A stretch of DNA of 64,000 nt from Mobula hypostoma. Lineage: Eukaryota. The notes below the pieces were generated by a model. The model saw nothing but the letters and a program-made list of their open reading frames with translations. It had not been told where the DNA came from and searched no databases. Of the stretch, positions 11,658 through 25,967 are shown piece by piece (within the stretch, counting starts at the first letter, position 1; the number at the start of each line of letters is the position of its first letter). Location of the stretch: assembly GCF_963921235.1 (NCBI RefSeq), contig NC_086097.1, forward strand, positions 224,194,001-224,258,000. The letters run 5' to 3'. Position numbers and translations under genes: made by a program.

Positions 11658-12424
11658 TGTTTTCCTTCATTTTAAATAACTTTGCTTGATTTTTAAGCAC
11701 TTTTTCCCTCAGACAATGAAAGGCTGTTCTGATGCAATGAAGAAAAAGGTGTATTTCCTCACCGATTTCAGTCTTCATTAAGATGTGGCTCCAGATGTAT
11801 GGGAAACAATCCACCTTACGATAGATCTCTTTCTGTGGTGGGTGCTCGTGCCCTCTGATATCTCACCCAGATATTATTCATGTGATGGCCCATGCAGTAA
11901 GAGTTGGTTTTCACTGGAATCCTTGCAGATTGTCATGGAAATTGGATGATCAAAGGTTCTCTTCACCTGACTATAATACAAAATAGATCACAAACAAGGT
12001 GCGGGCAATGGTATTGGTCTTATTAAACGGTGGCAGTAGCTGTGGGTTGTGGAACAGACTCCATGCACACATGCACAAGGTCTATTGAGGAACAGAAGTA
12101 CTGCTGAGTTCCCCTCTGGAAATTGTGGTTACTTTATTGCTGTTCTGGATGAAACCAGTTAATCCAGTTTGAGGAAAATAATCACATCCTCCGCTGGCCA
12201 GATACACAAGAGGCAGCAGGAGATGGGTTGATGAATGTGCCACTGTGAATCGCAAGACAGTGTGTCCAGATTTGAAGCACTCCCTTGGTAGTGTAGAATT
12301 ATGCTCAGTTACATCTCCCATATCTGCATAAATTCAGATTAAAAATGGTGCTTGAATCCATAGCCTTCTGAACCTTGAGGACGATTGCGCTGAGCTAAAT
12401 CTTATTTAATCCGGCAGTTTTTGA

Positions 12425-12740
12425 ATAGACAGATACTTTATCTTTCTCAAAGGAAATTACAGAATTATAGTGTCACAGTAGCATTCCAAGTGCAGAGGTA
12501 TACAAATATACAAATATTAGAAGAGAAATAAAAAGAATAAAAAAAACGTTACCTCAAACAGTCTAACAGGAGCAGGTCATCACATCCCTGGTTATAGATT
12601 GACTCATTATAGAGCCTAGCGGCCAATAATATTCAGCCAAGGTGGCACGCAGACCATGGGAAACATTGTCCAGAATTGCCACGATTTTCCGTTCTACCAT
12701 GGCCTCCAGTGTATCTTGTTCGGCTTCTATCCATACACTG
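12425..12740 (-). mobile_element. Rex1-type LINE 3' fragment
   Basis: LEAMVERKIVAILDNVSH, compare LHAILDNVSHPLH at 26580. Confidence 0.65.
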
Positions 12741-13359
12741 AGTTGCTGATTAATTAAATTCAACACATATACGCTTAAGTGACATAAAATCAATGATGAC
12801 AATCTCCTCAAATGCTGCCTTTAGCAGTATTCAGCACCTTTTAATGGCAATAATTGGACACATATTTAAAAAATGCTTTCTCTAGATATTTTTGCTACCA
12901 CTGAGAACTGTTTAGCATGAAATAACATACAGATGTGCTTTGCCTGATCTCAGTACCGTTTCCACTTTCATACTTCATGGAGTCAGAAGAATGCACCGTT
13001 ACTTGAACATTACGTGACTAACTTTCTGAAAGTCAACATTAGCATGCTATTAGAAATGTAACATCAAGGTTCTGGCTTTTGAAGACTTGCTACTTAGAAC
13101 CAAATTTTTTAGTGACTAATTACCACATGTAAGGTTATGATAGCAGAGTGCACAGAGTGGTTTCAAAGGTTCAAAGTTTCATTTTAATATCAGAAATGTA
13201 TGCAGTATGCAACCTCAAATTCTTACTCTTCAAAGTCATCCACGAAACAAGAACCCTATAGAATCAATGATAAAAACATCGAAACCCATGAAGCCCCCTC
13301 CCTTTGCAAAAGCAAAAAAAAAAGTTTAAACTTCTATTTCAATTGCACAGTTAGATTTA

Positions 13360-14625
13360 GGTGGTGAGGAAGGCAAACGTAATGTTAGCATTCACTTCAA
13401 GAGGATTAGAATATAAAAGCAAAGATATAATGCTGAAGCTTAATAAGGCATTGGTCAGAATGCTCTAGGCATATTGTAAGTAGCTTTGGGTCCCTTGTAT
13501 AAGAAAAGATGTGCTGGCATTGGAGAAGGTCTAGCAGAGGTTCACGAGCATGATCCTGGGAATGAAACGGATGACGTATGAGAAGTGTTCGAAAACTCTA
13601 GGCTTGTACTCACTAGAGTTTAGAAGAACAAGGGGCAATCTTACTGAACCCTATTGAATATTACAAGACCTATATTGGATGGATGTGGAGAGGATGTTTC
13701 CTTTCATGGGGGAGTGTAGGACCAGAGAACACCTTTAGACCATAAGACCATAAGACATAGGAGCAGAATTAGGGCATTTGGCCCATCAAGTCTGCTCCTC
13801 CTCAACCCCAGTTCCCGGCCTTCTTCTCATAACTTTTGATGCCATGTCCATCCAACCTATCAATCTCTGCCTTAAATACACCCAACAAGCTGCATGTGGC
13901 AACAAATTCCACAAATTCACCCCCCTTTACCTAAAGAAATTTCTCCACATCTCTGTTTTGAAAGGGTGCCCCTCTATCCTGAGGCTCTGCCCACTTGTCC
14001 TAGACTCTCCCACCATGGGAAACATCCTTTCCACATCTACTCTTTCGAGGCCTTTCAACATTCGAAAGGTTTCAATGAGATCCCCCCTCATCCTTCTGAA
14101 TTCCAGCGAGTACAGACCCAGAGCCATCAAACGTTCCTCGTATGATAACCCTTTCATTTCTGGACCCTCCTTGTGAACCTCCTCTGAACCCTCTCCAATG
14201 CCAGTACATCTTTTCTAAGATGAGGAGCCCAAAGCTGTTCACAATATTCAAGGTGAGGCCTCACCAGTGCCTTATAAAGCCTCAGCATCACATCCCTTCT
14301 CTTGTATTCTAGACCTCTTGAAATGAAAGCTAACATAGCAATTGCCTACATTACCGCCGACTTTTAGATCAGAAATGAAGAGGAATTTCTGTAGCCAGAG
14401 GGTGATGAATCAGTGGAGTTCATTGCTACAGACAGCTGTGGAGCCCAAGTCATTGGGTATATTAAAAGCAGATGTCAATGGGTTTTTGATTAGCAAACAC
14501 ATAAAATGCCATGGAGAGAAGGCAGGAAAATGGAACTGAGAGGAATAATAAATCAGCTGTGATGGAATGATGGATCAGACTTGATGCTCTGAATAACGAA
14601 TTCTGTTCCTATGTCTTATGGTCTT
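13360..14625 (+). mobile_element. CR1 3' remnant, host of an antisense CR1 insertion
   Basis: KANVMLAFTSRGLEYKSKD... resumes at 14360 as FRSEMKRNFCSQRVMNQW; (TCTTATGG) tail near 14615. Confidence 0.85.
13740..14350 (-). mobile_element. CR1 3' fragment nested in CR1
   Basis: MLAFISRGLEYKRRDVMLRLYKALVRPHLEYC; (CCATAAGA)n tail; near-TSD ACCTTTAGA (13731) / ACTTTTAGA (14360). Confidence 0.88.
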
Positions 14626-14679
14626 CGCTTTACGCATTAGAGCTACACGCTTTCGATATTGAATTTTAGTAGGAAGCTA

Positions 14680-15310
14680 GTCATAGAGCACTACAGCACC
14701 GAAACAGGCACTTAAGCTCATCTGGTCCACACCAGCCTGAAGCAGACATGGTAGTGCAGTGGCTAGCACAACGCTTTACAGTACAGGTGACCCGGGTTCA
14801 ATTCCTGCCTCTGCCTGTAAGAAGTTTGTATGTTCTCCATGTGACTGCGTGGGTTTCCTCTGGGGGCTCCAATTTCCTCCCACAGTCCCAAGACATACCG
14901 GTTGATAGATTAACTGATCATTGTAAATTGTCCCGCGATTAGGCTAGGATTAAATTGGGGGGCTGTTGGGCGGTCTGGTCGAAGGACTCGAATGGCCTAC
15001 TCCATGCTACGCCTCAATAAACAAATCTTCAGCCTGCCCCCAGCCCATAGCCCTCCATATCTCTCTCATCCATGTATCTATCTAAACCTCTCTTAAATGT
15101 TACAATTGAACTGTTGTCTACTACTTCATCTGGCAACCCGGACCACCTTCGGAGTGAAGTCGGGAACCTTCGGGAACCCTCAGATTCCCCTTAACCCTAC
15201 TTCACCTTTCAGCCTAAAATTATGACCTCTAGTTCTAGTTTCACCCAACCTGAGGGATCAAAGTCTGCAAACATTCATCCTATCTTTACCCCTTATAATT
15301 TTGTATGTTC
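14680..15310 (-). mobile_element. old CR1 3' end interrupted by a V-SINE
   Basis: catagagcactacagcaccgaaacagg tail; cccatagccctccata...ttcacctttcagcctaaaattatgacctctagtt. Confidence 0.7.
14741..15025 (+). mobile_element. tRNA-derived V-SINE (HE1-like)
   Basis: A box TAGTGCAGTGG, B box GGTTCAATTCC, V-core GTGGGTTTCCTCTGGGGGCTCCAATTTCCTCCCACAGTCC. Confidence 0.85.
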
Positions 15311-15803
15311 ATATTAGTTGTTAGGAACTGCCCCATGCACTGATGGCCAAAATTAGAAATAAATATTAAAAATAAAAATCCAAACATATTGATCAGTTCT
15401 AATTAGCTCTGATAATGAGACTTCATTAATAAACAAAATTTTCATCTGTGATAATTGCTATCCTCTCTGTTCTTTTTTCCCCTTTTTTTCTTTTTTTTTC
15501 TGGGACACGGACACACCCAGCCTGACCTGCCAGGCAGGTCTCCATGCTCTGCATTTCACAGCTCTTATGATCTTTTGTCTAGGTTCAGCATGGACTAGAT
15601 GGGATGAAGGGCCTGTTCCTGTGCTGTCCTTTTCTATGACTCTACGTTGTCATTCTGTGCTGCTCCCGTCCACTCACTGAGCAGATAACCTTGATTACAG
15701 GTCGTCTGTATGGTCACATTGGAGACATCAGCCACGATTCCTCCATCCTCCCTGTATGCTCACTTCTGACGTTGGATTTGTTAGCTTTGTTTCTCTACCC
15801 ACA

Positions 15804-16290
15804 TGTTGTGGGAAATCAGGGTTCCAGTTTCGGTGATGGGAGCAGAGGACACTCACTAACAGGAAGTAGGTTAGCTCTTTATTTACAGGACAATACAGAC
15901 ATTAACCATTTAGTAAACCCTTCAAGCTAAACTCGATTACAAATACTTATTTAAATGGAGCACTGGCAGTGGCGGGACAAATAGGCACTAAACATACACA
16001 CAATGGCAACTACTTATCTAAAGTGTGAGTCCAGGTATTCTGCATTACAGCATACCTCTACTGTCTACTGTTTCTGCGGGACCCTCGTATAGCTGGTCCA
16101 CGGCAACTAGAGAGGAAAAGAGACCATGTGGTTACTGTGCGCTAGACTTGAACCCTATCGGCATTCTGATGTCATCAGTGAAACGGAAGATAGGGGGAGG
16201 GGCTGCAACGCTTCTTACACGGGCTAGACCCCAACTCCCAAGGGGGAGCGGCTTTCAATGAGCAGGCAAGTTAAGGCACTTACTGCAACA
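15804..16290 (-). mobile_element. solo LTR
   Basis: TGTTG...CAACA termini, 5-bp TSD CCACA/CCGCA, minus-strand AATAAA near 15880, homologous to 1489-1847. Confidence 0.75.
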
Positions 16291-16314
16291 CCGCAGCCTG
16301 ACATGCTAAGTATT

Positions 16315-16855
16315 TCAAAGTTCGAAGTTCAAAGTTAATTTATTATCAGAGTACAACTATGTCACCATATGCAACCCTGAGATTAATTTTCTTGCGAGGA
16401 TACTCAATACCATACTGGAATAATAGCTCACCAACTGTGCATTCAGCCAGTGTGCAAAAGACAAACTGTGCAAATACAAGAAAGAAATAATAATGAATAA
16501 ATAAATAACAAATATTGAGAACACGAGATGAAGAGTCCTTGGTAGTGAGTCCATAGGTTGTGGGATAATTTCAGTGATCAGGCAAGTGGAGGTGAGTGAA
16601 ATTATCCCCTTTGGAGCGAGAACCTGATGGTTGAGGGGTAGTAACTGTTCCTGAACTTGGTAGATTAAGTCTTGAGGCTCCTGTACCCTCTTCCTGATGG
16701 CAGCAGTGAGAAGGGAGCTTGATCTGGGTGGTGGGGGTCCCTGACGATGGACGCTGCTTTCCTGCGACAACGCTCAGTGTGGATGTGGTCACTGGTGGGG
16801 AGGGATCTACCCCATGGTGGGTTTGTCTGTATCCACTACTTTTTGTCGGATTTTC
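16315..16855 (-). mobile_element. Rex1-type LINE 3' remnant
   Basis: Minus strand RKAASIVRDPHHP..LLPSGRGYRSL; (TTCAAAG)-like tail at 16315. Confidence 0.82.
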
Positions 16856-16857
16856 TT

Positions 16858-17075
16858 GATTGAATGACTGAGATACAGCACGGAATGGAACCTTCAAGGG
16901 CTTCAGGCTGCGCCACCCATCAATCCCATGACTTAATCTTAGCCTAATCATGGGACAATTTACAATGACCAGTTAATCTACCAACCAGTATGTATTTGGA
17001 CTGTGGGAGGAAACTGGAGCACCCAACGGAAACCCATGTGGTCACGAGGAGAACGTGCAGACTCCTTACATGAAG
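16858..17075 (-). mobile_element. V-SINE (5'-truncated)
   Basis: ggactgtgggaggaaactggagcacccaacggaaacccatg is the reverse complement of the V-core. Confidence 0.8.
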
Positions 17076-17509
17076 CAGTCCTTTACTTTTTTGATCAAGG
17101 TTGTAATCACCTGTTTTAATCGTTTATATTTTTCTCTGTTCCTTTAGGACTTTCTTGTCAACCACTAAATAGTGTTAGTTTTCTTATGTTGATCAGACAG
17201 GACACAGTACAAAAGAGGATGTATTTTTCCTCAGAAACAAATATATTAAAAACCTCAATTCTGCTACAGCAGTTTGCTAACAATTCACCAGTATACCTTT
17301 GGTTGATTGAAGAAAATTTATTTGATTAAGACTTCAGAACTTGCACAAAATTTTTGGTTCACAGTAGGCATCTCAAGGCACCAGGAAATGTAAACATTGA
17401 CACTGTGCCTTAAAATGATCCAAATTTACTAAAGCACAAGTGAATCAATGTCAGTATCCTATCTCAAGCCAAAATGCAAGGGAGCATATGACCTAAGTTC
17501 ATGATATGA

Positions 17510-17912
17510 AGTTATAAAACTTGAGTAGCAGTGGCTGAGGAGAGATCTGATCGAGGTTTACAAGTTTATAAGAAGCATAGATAAAGTTGATAGGTAGTAC
17601 CTTTTTCCCAGGATTGAAATGTCTAATGCCACAGGGCATGCACTTAAGGTGAGAAGGGAAAGTTTTGAAAAAGATATGAGGGGCAAGTTTTTTACAGGGA
17701 GTGGTGGGTGCCTGGTACACGGTGCCTGCGGCTGCCATGTAGATGCAGATATATTGGGGACTTTTAAAAGACCTGTGAGAGAAATGGAAGGATATGGACA
17801 TTGTGTAGGTAGAAGGGATTAGTTTAGTTGACCATTTGCTTACTAATTTAATTGGTTTGGCAGAACATTGTGGGCTGAAGGGCTTGTTCCTGTGTTCTCT
17901 TATGTGACTATG
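17510..17912 (+). mobile_element. CR1 3' end
   Basis: LRRDLIEVYK..TGHALKVR..RGKFF; gggctgaagggcttgttcctgtg tail. Confidence 0.8.
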
Positions 17913-18329
17913 TCATACCAGCTTTGAAAGGATGAGAAAATTGGTCACTTTTCTCAATTTCAACATATCTGCCTGTTACATCCTGACACATAAAAAAGTT
18001 GAAGGCTGAGTTTCATCCCTTAGGCGGATAATTTATTTTTTTCAAGCCTACTGAGTGAACATTTATGCCAACTCAGCCCTTGCAAAGATCAATCAAAATG
18101 ACATGAATCAAGGATCAAAACCACATGTCCCATGAGCACCATAACCCCTCTGCTGGCTTGGAAGGGAAGAACGAACAACTACTGTTTATACTTAATGCAC
18201 TGTATGCTAGTATGCTGCCACTGATAGATCGGATAGGTATAGAGAGAGTTCAGCAGCCTTCTGAGGTGATGGCATTGCACAGTTGAACTCTGCGCGAATA
18301 CAGATCATAAAGCTCGGTTAGAGAGATCT

Positions 18330-18840
18330 TCAAAATCAAAGTAAATTTATTATCAAAGTACGTATAGGTCACCATATACTACCTTGAAATTCATTTGCTT
18401 GCAGGCATTTACAAGAAAATAAAGAAATACGATAGAATTTTGAAAACTGTGCATAACAACGACTGACAAATAACCAATTGACAACATATTGTGCAAATAA
18501 GTAAATAATTAAATGATACTGAGTACATGGAAGTCCTTGAAAGTGAGTCTATAGGTTGTGGAATCAGTTCAGAGTTGAGGTGAGTGAAGATATCTATGCT
18601 GGTTCCAGAGCCTGATGGTTGTAGGGTAATAACTGTTTCTGACCCTGGTGATGTGGGACGTAAGGCTCCTGTACCTCCTGCCCGCTGGTAGTAGTGAGAA
18701 GAGCGCATGGCCTAGACGGTGGGGTCCTTGATGATGAATGCTGCTTTTTTGTGGCAGTGCTCCTAGTAAATGTATTCAATAGTGAGGAGGGCTTTGCCTG
18801 TGATAGACTGGGCTGTAGCCATCACTTACTGTAGATTTTA
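18330..18840 (-). mobile_element. Rex1-type LINE 3' remnant
   Basis: Minus strand KKAAFIIKDPH..LLPAGRRYRSLTSH; tail tcaaaatcaaagtaaatttattatc. Confidence 0.8.
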
Positions 18841-19204
18841 TGGAGTGCCTTAAAAAAAATAGAGATATGGAGAACTTAGCATGGTATTGCAGAGGGTTGG
18901 GGTCTTGGTAGGTGATGGAACATTTTTGATAGTGGAATGATTAAGTACAGGGATGGCCCTGATGATCAGAACTGGGGGATCTAGGTGGTTTGTAAGACTG
19001 GAAGACATTTCAAATATTGGAGGGGCAGAACCATGATGTGATATGAAGAACAAAGAAGAGAATTTCAAATTCAAACTGCTAATGTGGGTGTTGGTGTTGT
19101 TTCAATCATATTAATGGAGTCATACAACACAGAAAAATATGGCCTACAAGACCCTGACGACCATCAAGTACTCACCTACACTTATTCAATTTGCCAACAC
19201 TTGG

Positions 19205-22200
19205 CCATATAAGACCGTAAGATATAGTAGCAATATTGGGCCATCTGGCCCATTGAGTCTGCTCTGCCATTTCAAGGCTGATCCAATTTTCCTCCTAGCC
19301 CCAGTCACCTGCCTTCTCTCTGTATCCCTTCGTGTCCTGACCAGTCAAGAATCTGCCAACCTCTGCCTTAAATATACATAAAGAGTTGGCTTCCACAGCT
19401 CCCTGTGGCAAAGAATTCCACAGATTTACCACTCTCTGGCTAAAGAAATGCCTCCTCATCTCTGTTCTAAAAAGATGCTCCTCTATTCAGAGGCTGTGTC
19501 CTCTGGTCTTAGACTCTCCCACCGTAGGAAACATCTTCTCCACATCCACTCTATCAAGACCTTTCACCATTTGATGGGCTTCAGAGGTCACCCCTCTTTC
19601 CTCTGAATTCCAGTGAATACAGGCCCAGAGCCATCAAACGCTCTTCATATGACAAGCTGTTCAAACCTGGAATCATTTTCGTGAACCTCCTTTGAACCTT
19701 ATCCAGTTTCAGCACATCCTTTCTAAGATAAGGGGCCCAAAACTGTTCACAATACTCCAAGTGAGGTCTCACCAGCACTTTATAAAGTCTTAATATTACA
19801 TCCTTGCTTTTATGTTCCAGTCCTCTTGAAATGAATGTTAACATCATATTTGCCTTCCTCACCACAGATTCTACATGCAAATTAACCTTTAAGGAATTCT
19901 GCACAAGATCTCCCAAGTCCCTTTGCACCTCATTTTTTTGTATTTTGTCTTCGTTTTGAAAATAATCGACCCTTTCATTTCTTCTACCAACGTGCATGAC
20001 CATACACTTCCCAACATTGTATTCTTTGTATACTTTGCCCATTCTCCTAATTTAAATCCTTCTGTAGTCTCTCTACTTCCTCAAAACTACTTGCCCGTCC
20101 ACCTATCTTTGTATTGTCTGCAAAATTTGCAACAAAGCCATCAATTCCATTGTCCAAATCATTGAAATATAATGTAAAAAGAATCGGTTCCAACACAGAC
20201 TCCTACGGAGCTCCACTAGTCACTGGTAGCCAACCAGAAAAAACTCCCTTTATCCCCACTCTTTGCCTCCTGCCAATCAGCCATTGCTTTATCCATGTTA
20301 GAATCTTTTCTGTAATACCATGGGCTTGTAGCTTGTTAAGTAGCCTCACATGCTGCACTTTGTCAAAGGCATCCTGAAAATCCAAGGACACAACATTAAC
20401 TGACTTTCCTTTGTCTATTCTGCTTATTATTTCTTTAAAGAATTCCGAAAGATTTGTCAGGCAAGATTTTCCCTTGAAGAAACCATGCTGACTATGGCCT
20501 GGTTCCAAGTAACCTGAAACCCTTAATACTTGACTTCAACATCTTCCCAGCCACTGAGGTCTGACTAACTGGCTTATAGTTTCCTTTCTTTTGCTTCTTT
20601 CCCTTCTTGAAGAGTAGAGTAACTTTTGCAATTTTCCAGTCTACCGGAACCATTCCAGGATCTAGTGATTCTTGAAAGACGGTTACTAATGCCTCCACAA
20701 TCTCTTCAGCCTAGGGTGTACACCATCTGGTCCAGGTGACTTATTTACTTTCAGACATTTCAGTTTCCCAAGAACCTTCTCTCTAGTTATGGTAACTTCA
20801 TACACTTCACGACTCCTGACACCTGGAACTTCCACCATACTGCTAGTGTCTTCCACAGTGAAGACTAATGCAAAATACTGATTCAGTTTGTCTGCCGTTT
20901 CCTTGTCCCTCATTACTACCTCTCCAGAATCATTTTTGAATGTTTCAATATCCATTTTTGCCTCTCCTTTACACTTTATGTATCTGAAAATGTTTTTGGT
21001 ATCATCTTTCATATAACTGGCTAGCTTTCTTTCATATTTCATCTTTGCCATCTTTATGAGTTTTTTTAGTTACCTTTAGTTTGTTTTTAAAAGCTTCACA
21101 ATCATCTAACTTTGCATTAATTGTTGCTCTATTATATGCCCTCTCTTTGGTTTTTATGCTGGCTTTGATTTCTCTTGTTGGCCACGGTTGTCATCTTGCC
21201 CTTAGAATACTTCTTCCTCTTTATGATTTATACATCCCGTGCCTTCCAAATTGCTTCCGGAAATTACAGCTATTGCTGCTTTGCTGGCATCCCTGCCAGT
21301 GCTCTTTTCCAATCAATTCTGGCCAACTCCTCTCTCATGTCTCTGTAACTCCCTTTACTCTACTGTAATACCGATACATTTGACTTTAGATTTTCCCTCA
21401 AATTGCAGGGTGAATTCTATCATATTATGATCATTTCTCCTAAGGTTCCTTTAACTTCAGCTCTCTAATCAATTCTGGTTCATTGCACAACACCCAATCC
21501 AGAATAACTGATCCCCTAGTGGGTTCAATCACGAGTTGCTCTGAAGAGCCCTCTTGTAGGCATTCAATAAACAACCCCTCTTGGGATCCCGTACCATCCT
21601 GATTTTCCCAATCTATCTGCATATTGAAATACCCCATGACTATTGTAACATTGCCCTTTTGGTATGCATTTTCTATCTCCCGTTGTAATTTGTAGACCAC
21701 ATCCTAACTTCTTTTTAGGTGTCTGTATACAGCTCCCAACAGGGTCTTTTTTTACCCTTGCAGTTCCTTAACTCTATCCACAATGATTCAACACCTTCTG
21801 ACCTTATGTCACCTCCTTCTAATGATTTAATTTCATTTTTTACCAACAGAGCAATGCTGCCTTCTCTGCCTTCCTGCCTGTTCTTTCGATACAATGTCTA
21901 TTTTTGGACATTAAGCTCCCAGCTATAATCTTCTTTCAGCCATGATTCCGTGATGCCTACAACATCATGCATGCCAATCTGCAACTGTGCAGCAAGTTCA
22001 TTTACTTTATAGCATATACTTCATGCATTCAAATATAACACTTTCAGCCTTGTATTCGCCCTTTTCGATTTTGTCTGTCTCTTACGTTGCAACTCATCCT
22101 GTTGACTGTAATTTTGCCCAATAAAGATGAGTCTCTCCTCACTACACATTGCCTTTGTTTGTCAACCAGCTACCTCATCTTCACTATCATCTTCCTTTCC

Positions 22201-22795
22201 TATGATACTTCCTGCATTGAAATATGTGCAGCTCAGAACACTAGTCGCACCATACTCAACCTTTCGATTCCTTAACTTTGTCTGAGTTCTTACCAACATC
22301 TACCTCCACAACCTCTCCACCAACTGTTCTGGCATTCTGGTTCCCATTCCCCTGCAACTCTAGTTTAAACCTCACTGTGCAGCATTGACAAACCTTCCCG
22401 CTAGGATCCTAGTCCCCCTCCAGTTCAGGTGCAAACTGTCCCTTCTGTACAGGTTCCACCTTCCCTTGAAAAGAACCCAATGCTCCAAAAATCTTATGCT
22501 CTCCCTCCTACACCAACTCCTTTAGCTACATGCTAAACTTTATAATCTTCCTAGTTCTGGCCTACAACCTTGGAGGCACTGCCCTTTAACTCAGCACCTA
22601 ACTCCTTGAACTCCCTATGCAGAATCTCGTCACTCATCCTACTTTGCACTGGTTCCTTAACCCCTTTCCCTTTCCTGACTGTCACCCATTCTCCTGTGTC
22701 CTGCACCTCACTGTACGACCTATTTATCACCCCCTCAGCCTCCCGAATGATCTGGAGTTCATCCAGTCCCAGCTCCAACTTGTTAATACTTTGGC
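19205..22795 (-). mobile_element. long CR1 LINE (part of ORF1, APE, RT, 3' tail) with internal deletions
   Basis: ELGLDELQIIREAE (ORF1); IVMGYFN, LDWVLCN (APE); KSPGPDGVHPR, SQHGFFKGKSCLTNL, LDFQDAFDKV, VRPHLEYC (RT). Confidence 0.92.
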
Positions 22796-22854
22796 AACAT
22801 CTGTGCCCTGGCAATTCAAGTGTATATGCAGGTCCTTCTTAAATGTAACATAAA

Positions 22855-23453
22855 TACCTCGGGGATCTGCAGAAATACAGCATGACATCAGAAACCTTAG
22901 CAAACTTCTCTACATCTGTGGTGGAAAGTGTGCTGACTGACTGCATTACAGCCTGTAGGGGAACACCAATGCCTTTGAGCAGAAAATTCTACAAGAGGTG
23001 TTGGATTTGGCCCAGTACATCACCGGTAAAACCCTCCCAACCATCGCGCACATCTACTTGAAACAGTGCCGTAGGAAAGCAGCACCCATTATCAAAGATG
23101 CTCACCACCCAGGCCGTGTTCGTTTCTCACTGCTGCCATCAGGTAGAAGGTACAGGTGCCTCAGGACTCGCACCACCAGGTTCAAGAACAGTTATTACTC
23201 CTCAACCATCAGGCTCTTGAGTAAAAGGGGATAGCTACACTCATTTAAGGACTCTTTTACCTTGTTTTTTCATGCTCATTATTTATTGCTATTTACTTAT
23301 TATCTGCATTTGCACAGTTTGTTTACAGTTTACAGATCCTGTTTACAGTTACTTTTCTATAGATTTGCTGAGAATGCCTGCAGGAAAAAGAACCTCAGGG
23401 TTATGTGTGGTGACATGTATGTACTCTGATAATCAATTTTATTTTGAACTTTG
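22855..23453 (+). mobile_element. Rex1-type LINE 3' remnant inserted in an old CR1 fragment
   Basis: IIKDAHHPGRVRFSLLPSGRRYRCLRTRTTRFKNSYY; tttgaactttga tail. Confidence 0.85.
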
Positions 23454-25424
23454 ATCTGAAATACCTGCCTCCACTCTGCTTCAAGCAGTATGTTCCAGAT
23501 TCCAAACACCTCTTGGTGAAAAATACTCTGCTTTAGATTCTAAACTTCTTACCCCTCTCCCTAAATCTTTGCCTTTTAGCTGATGAGATAATGTAGGTTT
23601 GAGCAGAGAATTGATGAACAGACAAGAATTGATTTGAGCTGGTGCATAAGCAGTAGAATTTAAATTAACTAAGGTTTATACAGGAGGGAAGCCAAGGATA
23701 CATTGGTTCAGAACTGCTGAGAAGAAGAGGGGTAGCTTACTTTCGTCATAAGACCAACCTCTTATTTGCCCACCGCTGTCCATCTGACACTTTCAGCTTT
23801 TTTCTTTAAGTGCCAACCTTTGACTCATCCATTGGACATTACTTTGGGCAATCATGCCTGTTTTTATAGCATTCTTGAATGCTGTCATGATGAGGTGCGG
23901 GTTCCTGGTCATGTACTGTACAACAATTGGGCTTAAAGTCAGGTTAACAACAGGAATTAGGAATCCCACAGTGGAACTGGCTTGCATTTCCAAGCACAGA
24001 TGTCCATGATATGCAAGCTGCCTGCCCGAAAGACTAGATCAGAGATTACTCGACTTTTCTGTATTATTATGAACCTTGCAGTAATTGAGAGAACAAAGTG
24101 ATATGTTTAGGTAAGAGACACACGCCCATTGTCTCAGCCATTAAAAATCAAAATCTTGGCACTTGGTTCGTGTTTAAGAAGTTTTCTTAGAGAAAAGATG
24201 TTGACTTTGTTAATACTTTTCCTGAGATAGGATATTTTTCAAAAATGGAATCCATTGCCTTGCGGCAGAAATGCAGCCAGATCAAACAGCATAAAACATC
24301 TTAGTTTATGAAGCTGGCTTACTTAATGTTGAAATCCAAAGCTCCAGTGCTAAGAGAGGGAGACAGGGCAAACCAGGGAAGGATGGGAAGAAAGGAAAAA
24401 CAATAATCATGTGCTGCAATTGACTATTTATCTTGACACGTTAGAAATATATCATAGAAAAATGCAGAATTCAACTCACTGATAGATAATGCCCATTGTG
24501 CTGCTCTGTCTTTTTGGGGGAACTTGCAGACCCATGCTCTTTTCTCATAACTCAGTATTTCATTTGTAGATGTATATCCAACATCTTTTCAAAGATATTA
24601 GTTTTATCTGCATATGTGGTTAGTGTATTCCACAAAATATTCTCCAAGCAAGGTGGGGATTGGGGTGGGGGGAGGAATAGGAATTGGTTTATTATTGTCA
24701 CACGCACTGAGATGCATTGAAAAGTTTGTCTTGCATACTCTTCATGATGGTCAAATCATTACACCGTGCATTGAGATAGAGCAAGGTAAAACAATGATGT
24801 AGAATAATAAACACAACAGATTCTGCAGAATAATGCAGAATAAAGTGTTCGATAGTGGGTAGAAGGGGATGGAGGATGGAAAAATCAGTAATTATCAACA
24901 CAAATCCACTGCTTTTTCAGTTGATAGTGTGCTCGTGCTCTGTAGCATATGTTTTCCATTAGAGATTATTGCAGAGCAGAAGCAGATTGTTATGTGGTCA
25001 ACTGTTGCGAAGTGGACCCTGGTCAAGTTTCTGCAGGGGGTCCAATTGAAATATTCAGGTTGACATTAGAATCAGAATGGCACTGCCTGAGGGTAACGAT
25101 CGGTTGCTCTTTAGCTCTGCAGTCTGTTAACACATGGTGAAATAATGACAGGGAAAACAATGTTACAGAGCGTACCTTTTATCTATTAACATAACCAGTG
25201 AGAAAGGAGACGGATTGTAGGATGGATGTGCACTCTTTCATGTCTGATATTGCAATGGATGCTTGCAGCATGCACAGAACCACACTACTCAAATAGAGAT
25301 TCCTATCATTTTGGTTCTCCCAATGATGAAGGTCAAGACAGCCATTTAACTCCGGGTTTTACAGTGTCTCCAGGCAAGTGCCTCTAGTTTCTTAGAAGAT
25401 GGTGAAGATTCGGTATGTCATTGT

Positions 25425-25967
25425 CAACATATCTCAGAAAGGATGTGTTGTCATTGGAGAGAGTCCAGAGGAGGTTCACGAGGATGATTTCGGGAATGAA
25501 GGGTTTAACATATGAGGAGCTTTTGGCAGGTTTGGGCTTGTATTCAGTGGAATTTAGACGAATGCAAGGGGGAGGGGATCTCTTTGAAACCTAACGAATG
25601 TTGAAAAGATTAGATAAGGTGAATATGGAGAGGATGTTTCCTATGGTGGGGGCATCCAGAATTAGAGAGCACAGCCACAAAATTGAGGGACGACCCTTTA
25701 GAGCAGAGGTAAGGAGGAATTTTTTTTAGCCAGAGAGTAGTGAATCTGTGGAATGCTCTGCCACAGACTGCAGTGGAGGCCAAGACTGTGGGTATATTTA
25801 AAGTGAAAATTGATAGTTTCCAGATTGGTCAGGGCATCAAAGGATATGGCGAGAAGGCAGGTGTATGGAGTTGGTGGGATCTGGAATCAGCCATGATGGA
25901 ATGGTGCAGCAGACTCAATTGGCTGAATGGCCTAATTCTGCTCCTATGTTTTATGGTCTTATGGTTT
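25425..25967 (+). mobile_element. CR1 3' fragment
   Basis: LERVQRRFTRMI..YEE; VNLWNALPQTAVEAK; (TTATGG) tail. Confidence 0.85.

Noticed and set aside
11713..11900. Good-looking splice acceptor (tttttccctcag) as a host exon
   Set aside because: All three frames hit stops quickly and no protein is recognisable.
14745..14815. tRNA gene
   Set aside because: The A/B boxes are the head of a V-SINE, directly followed by the V-core.
24072..24116. 29-nt AG/GTAAG-bounded micro-exon
   Set aside because: Stops in all three frames and no supporting evidence.
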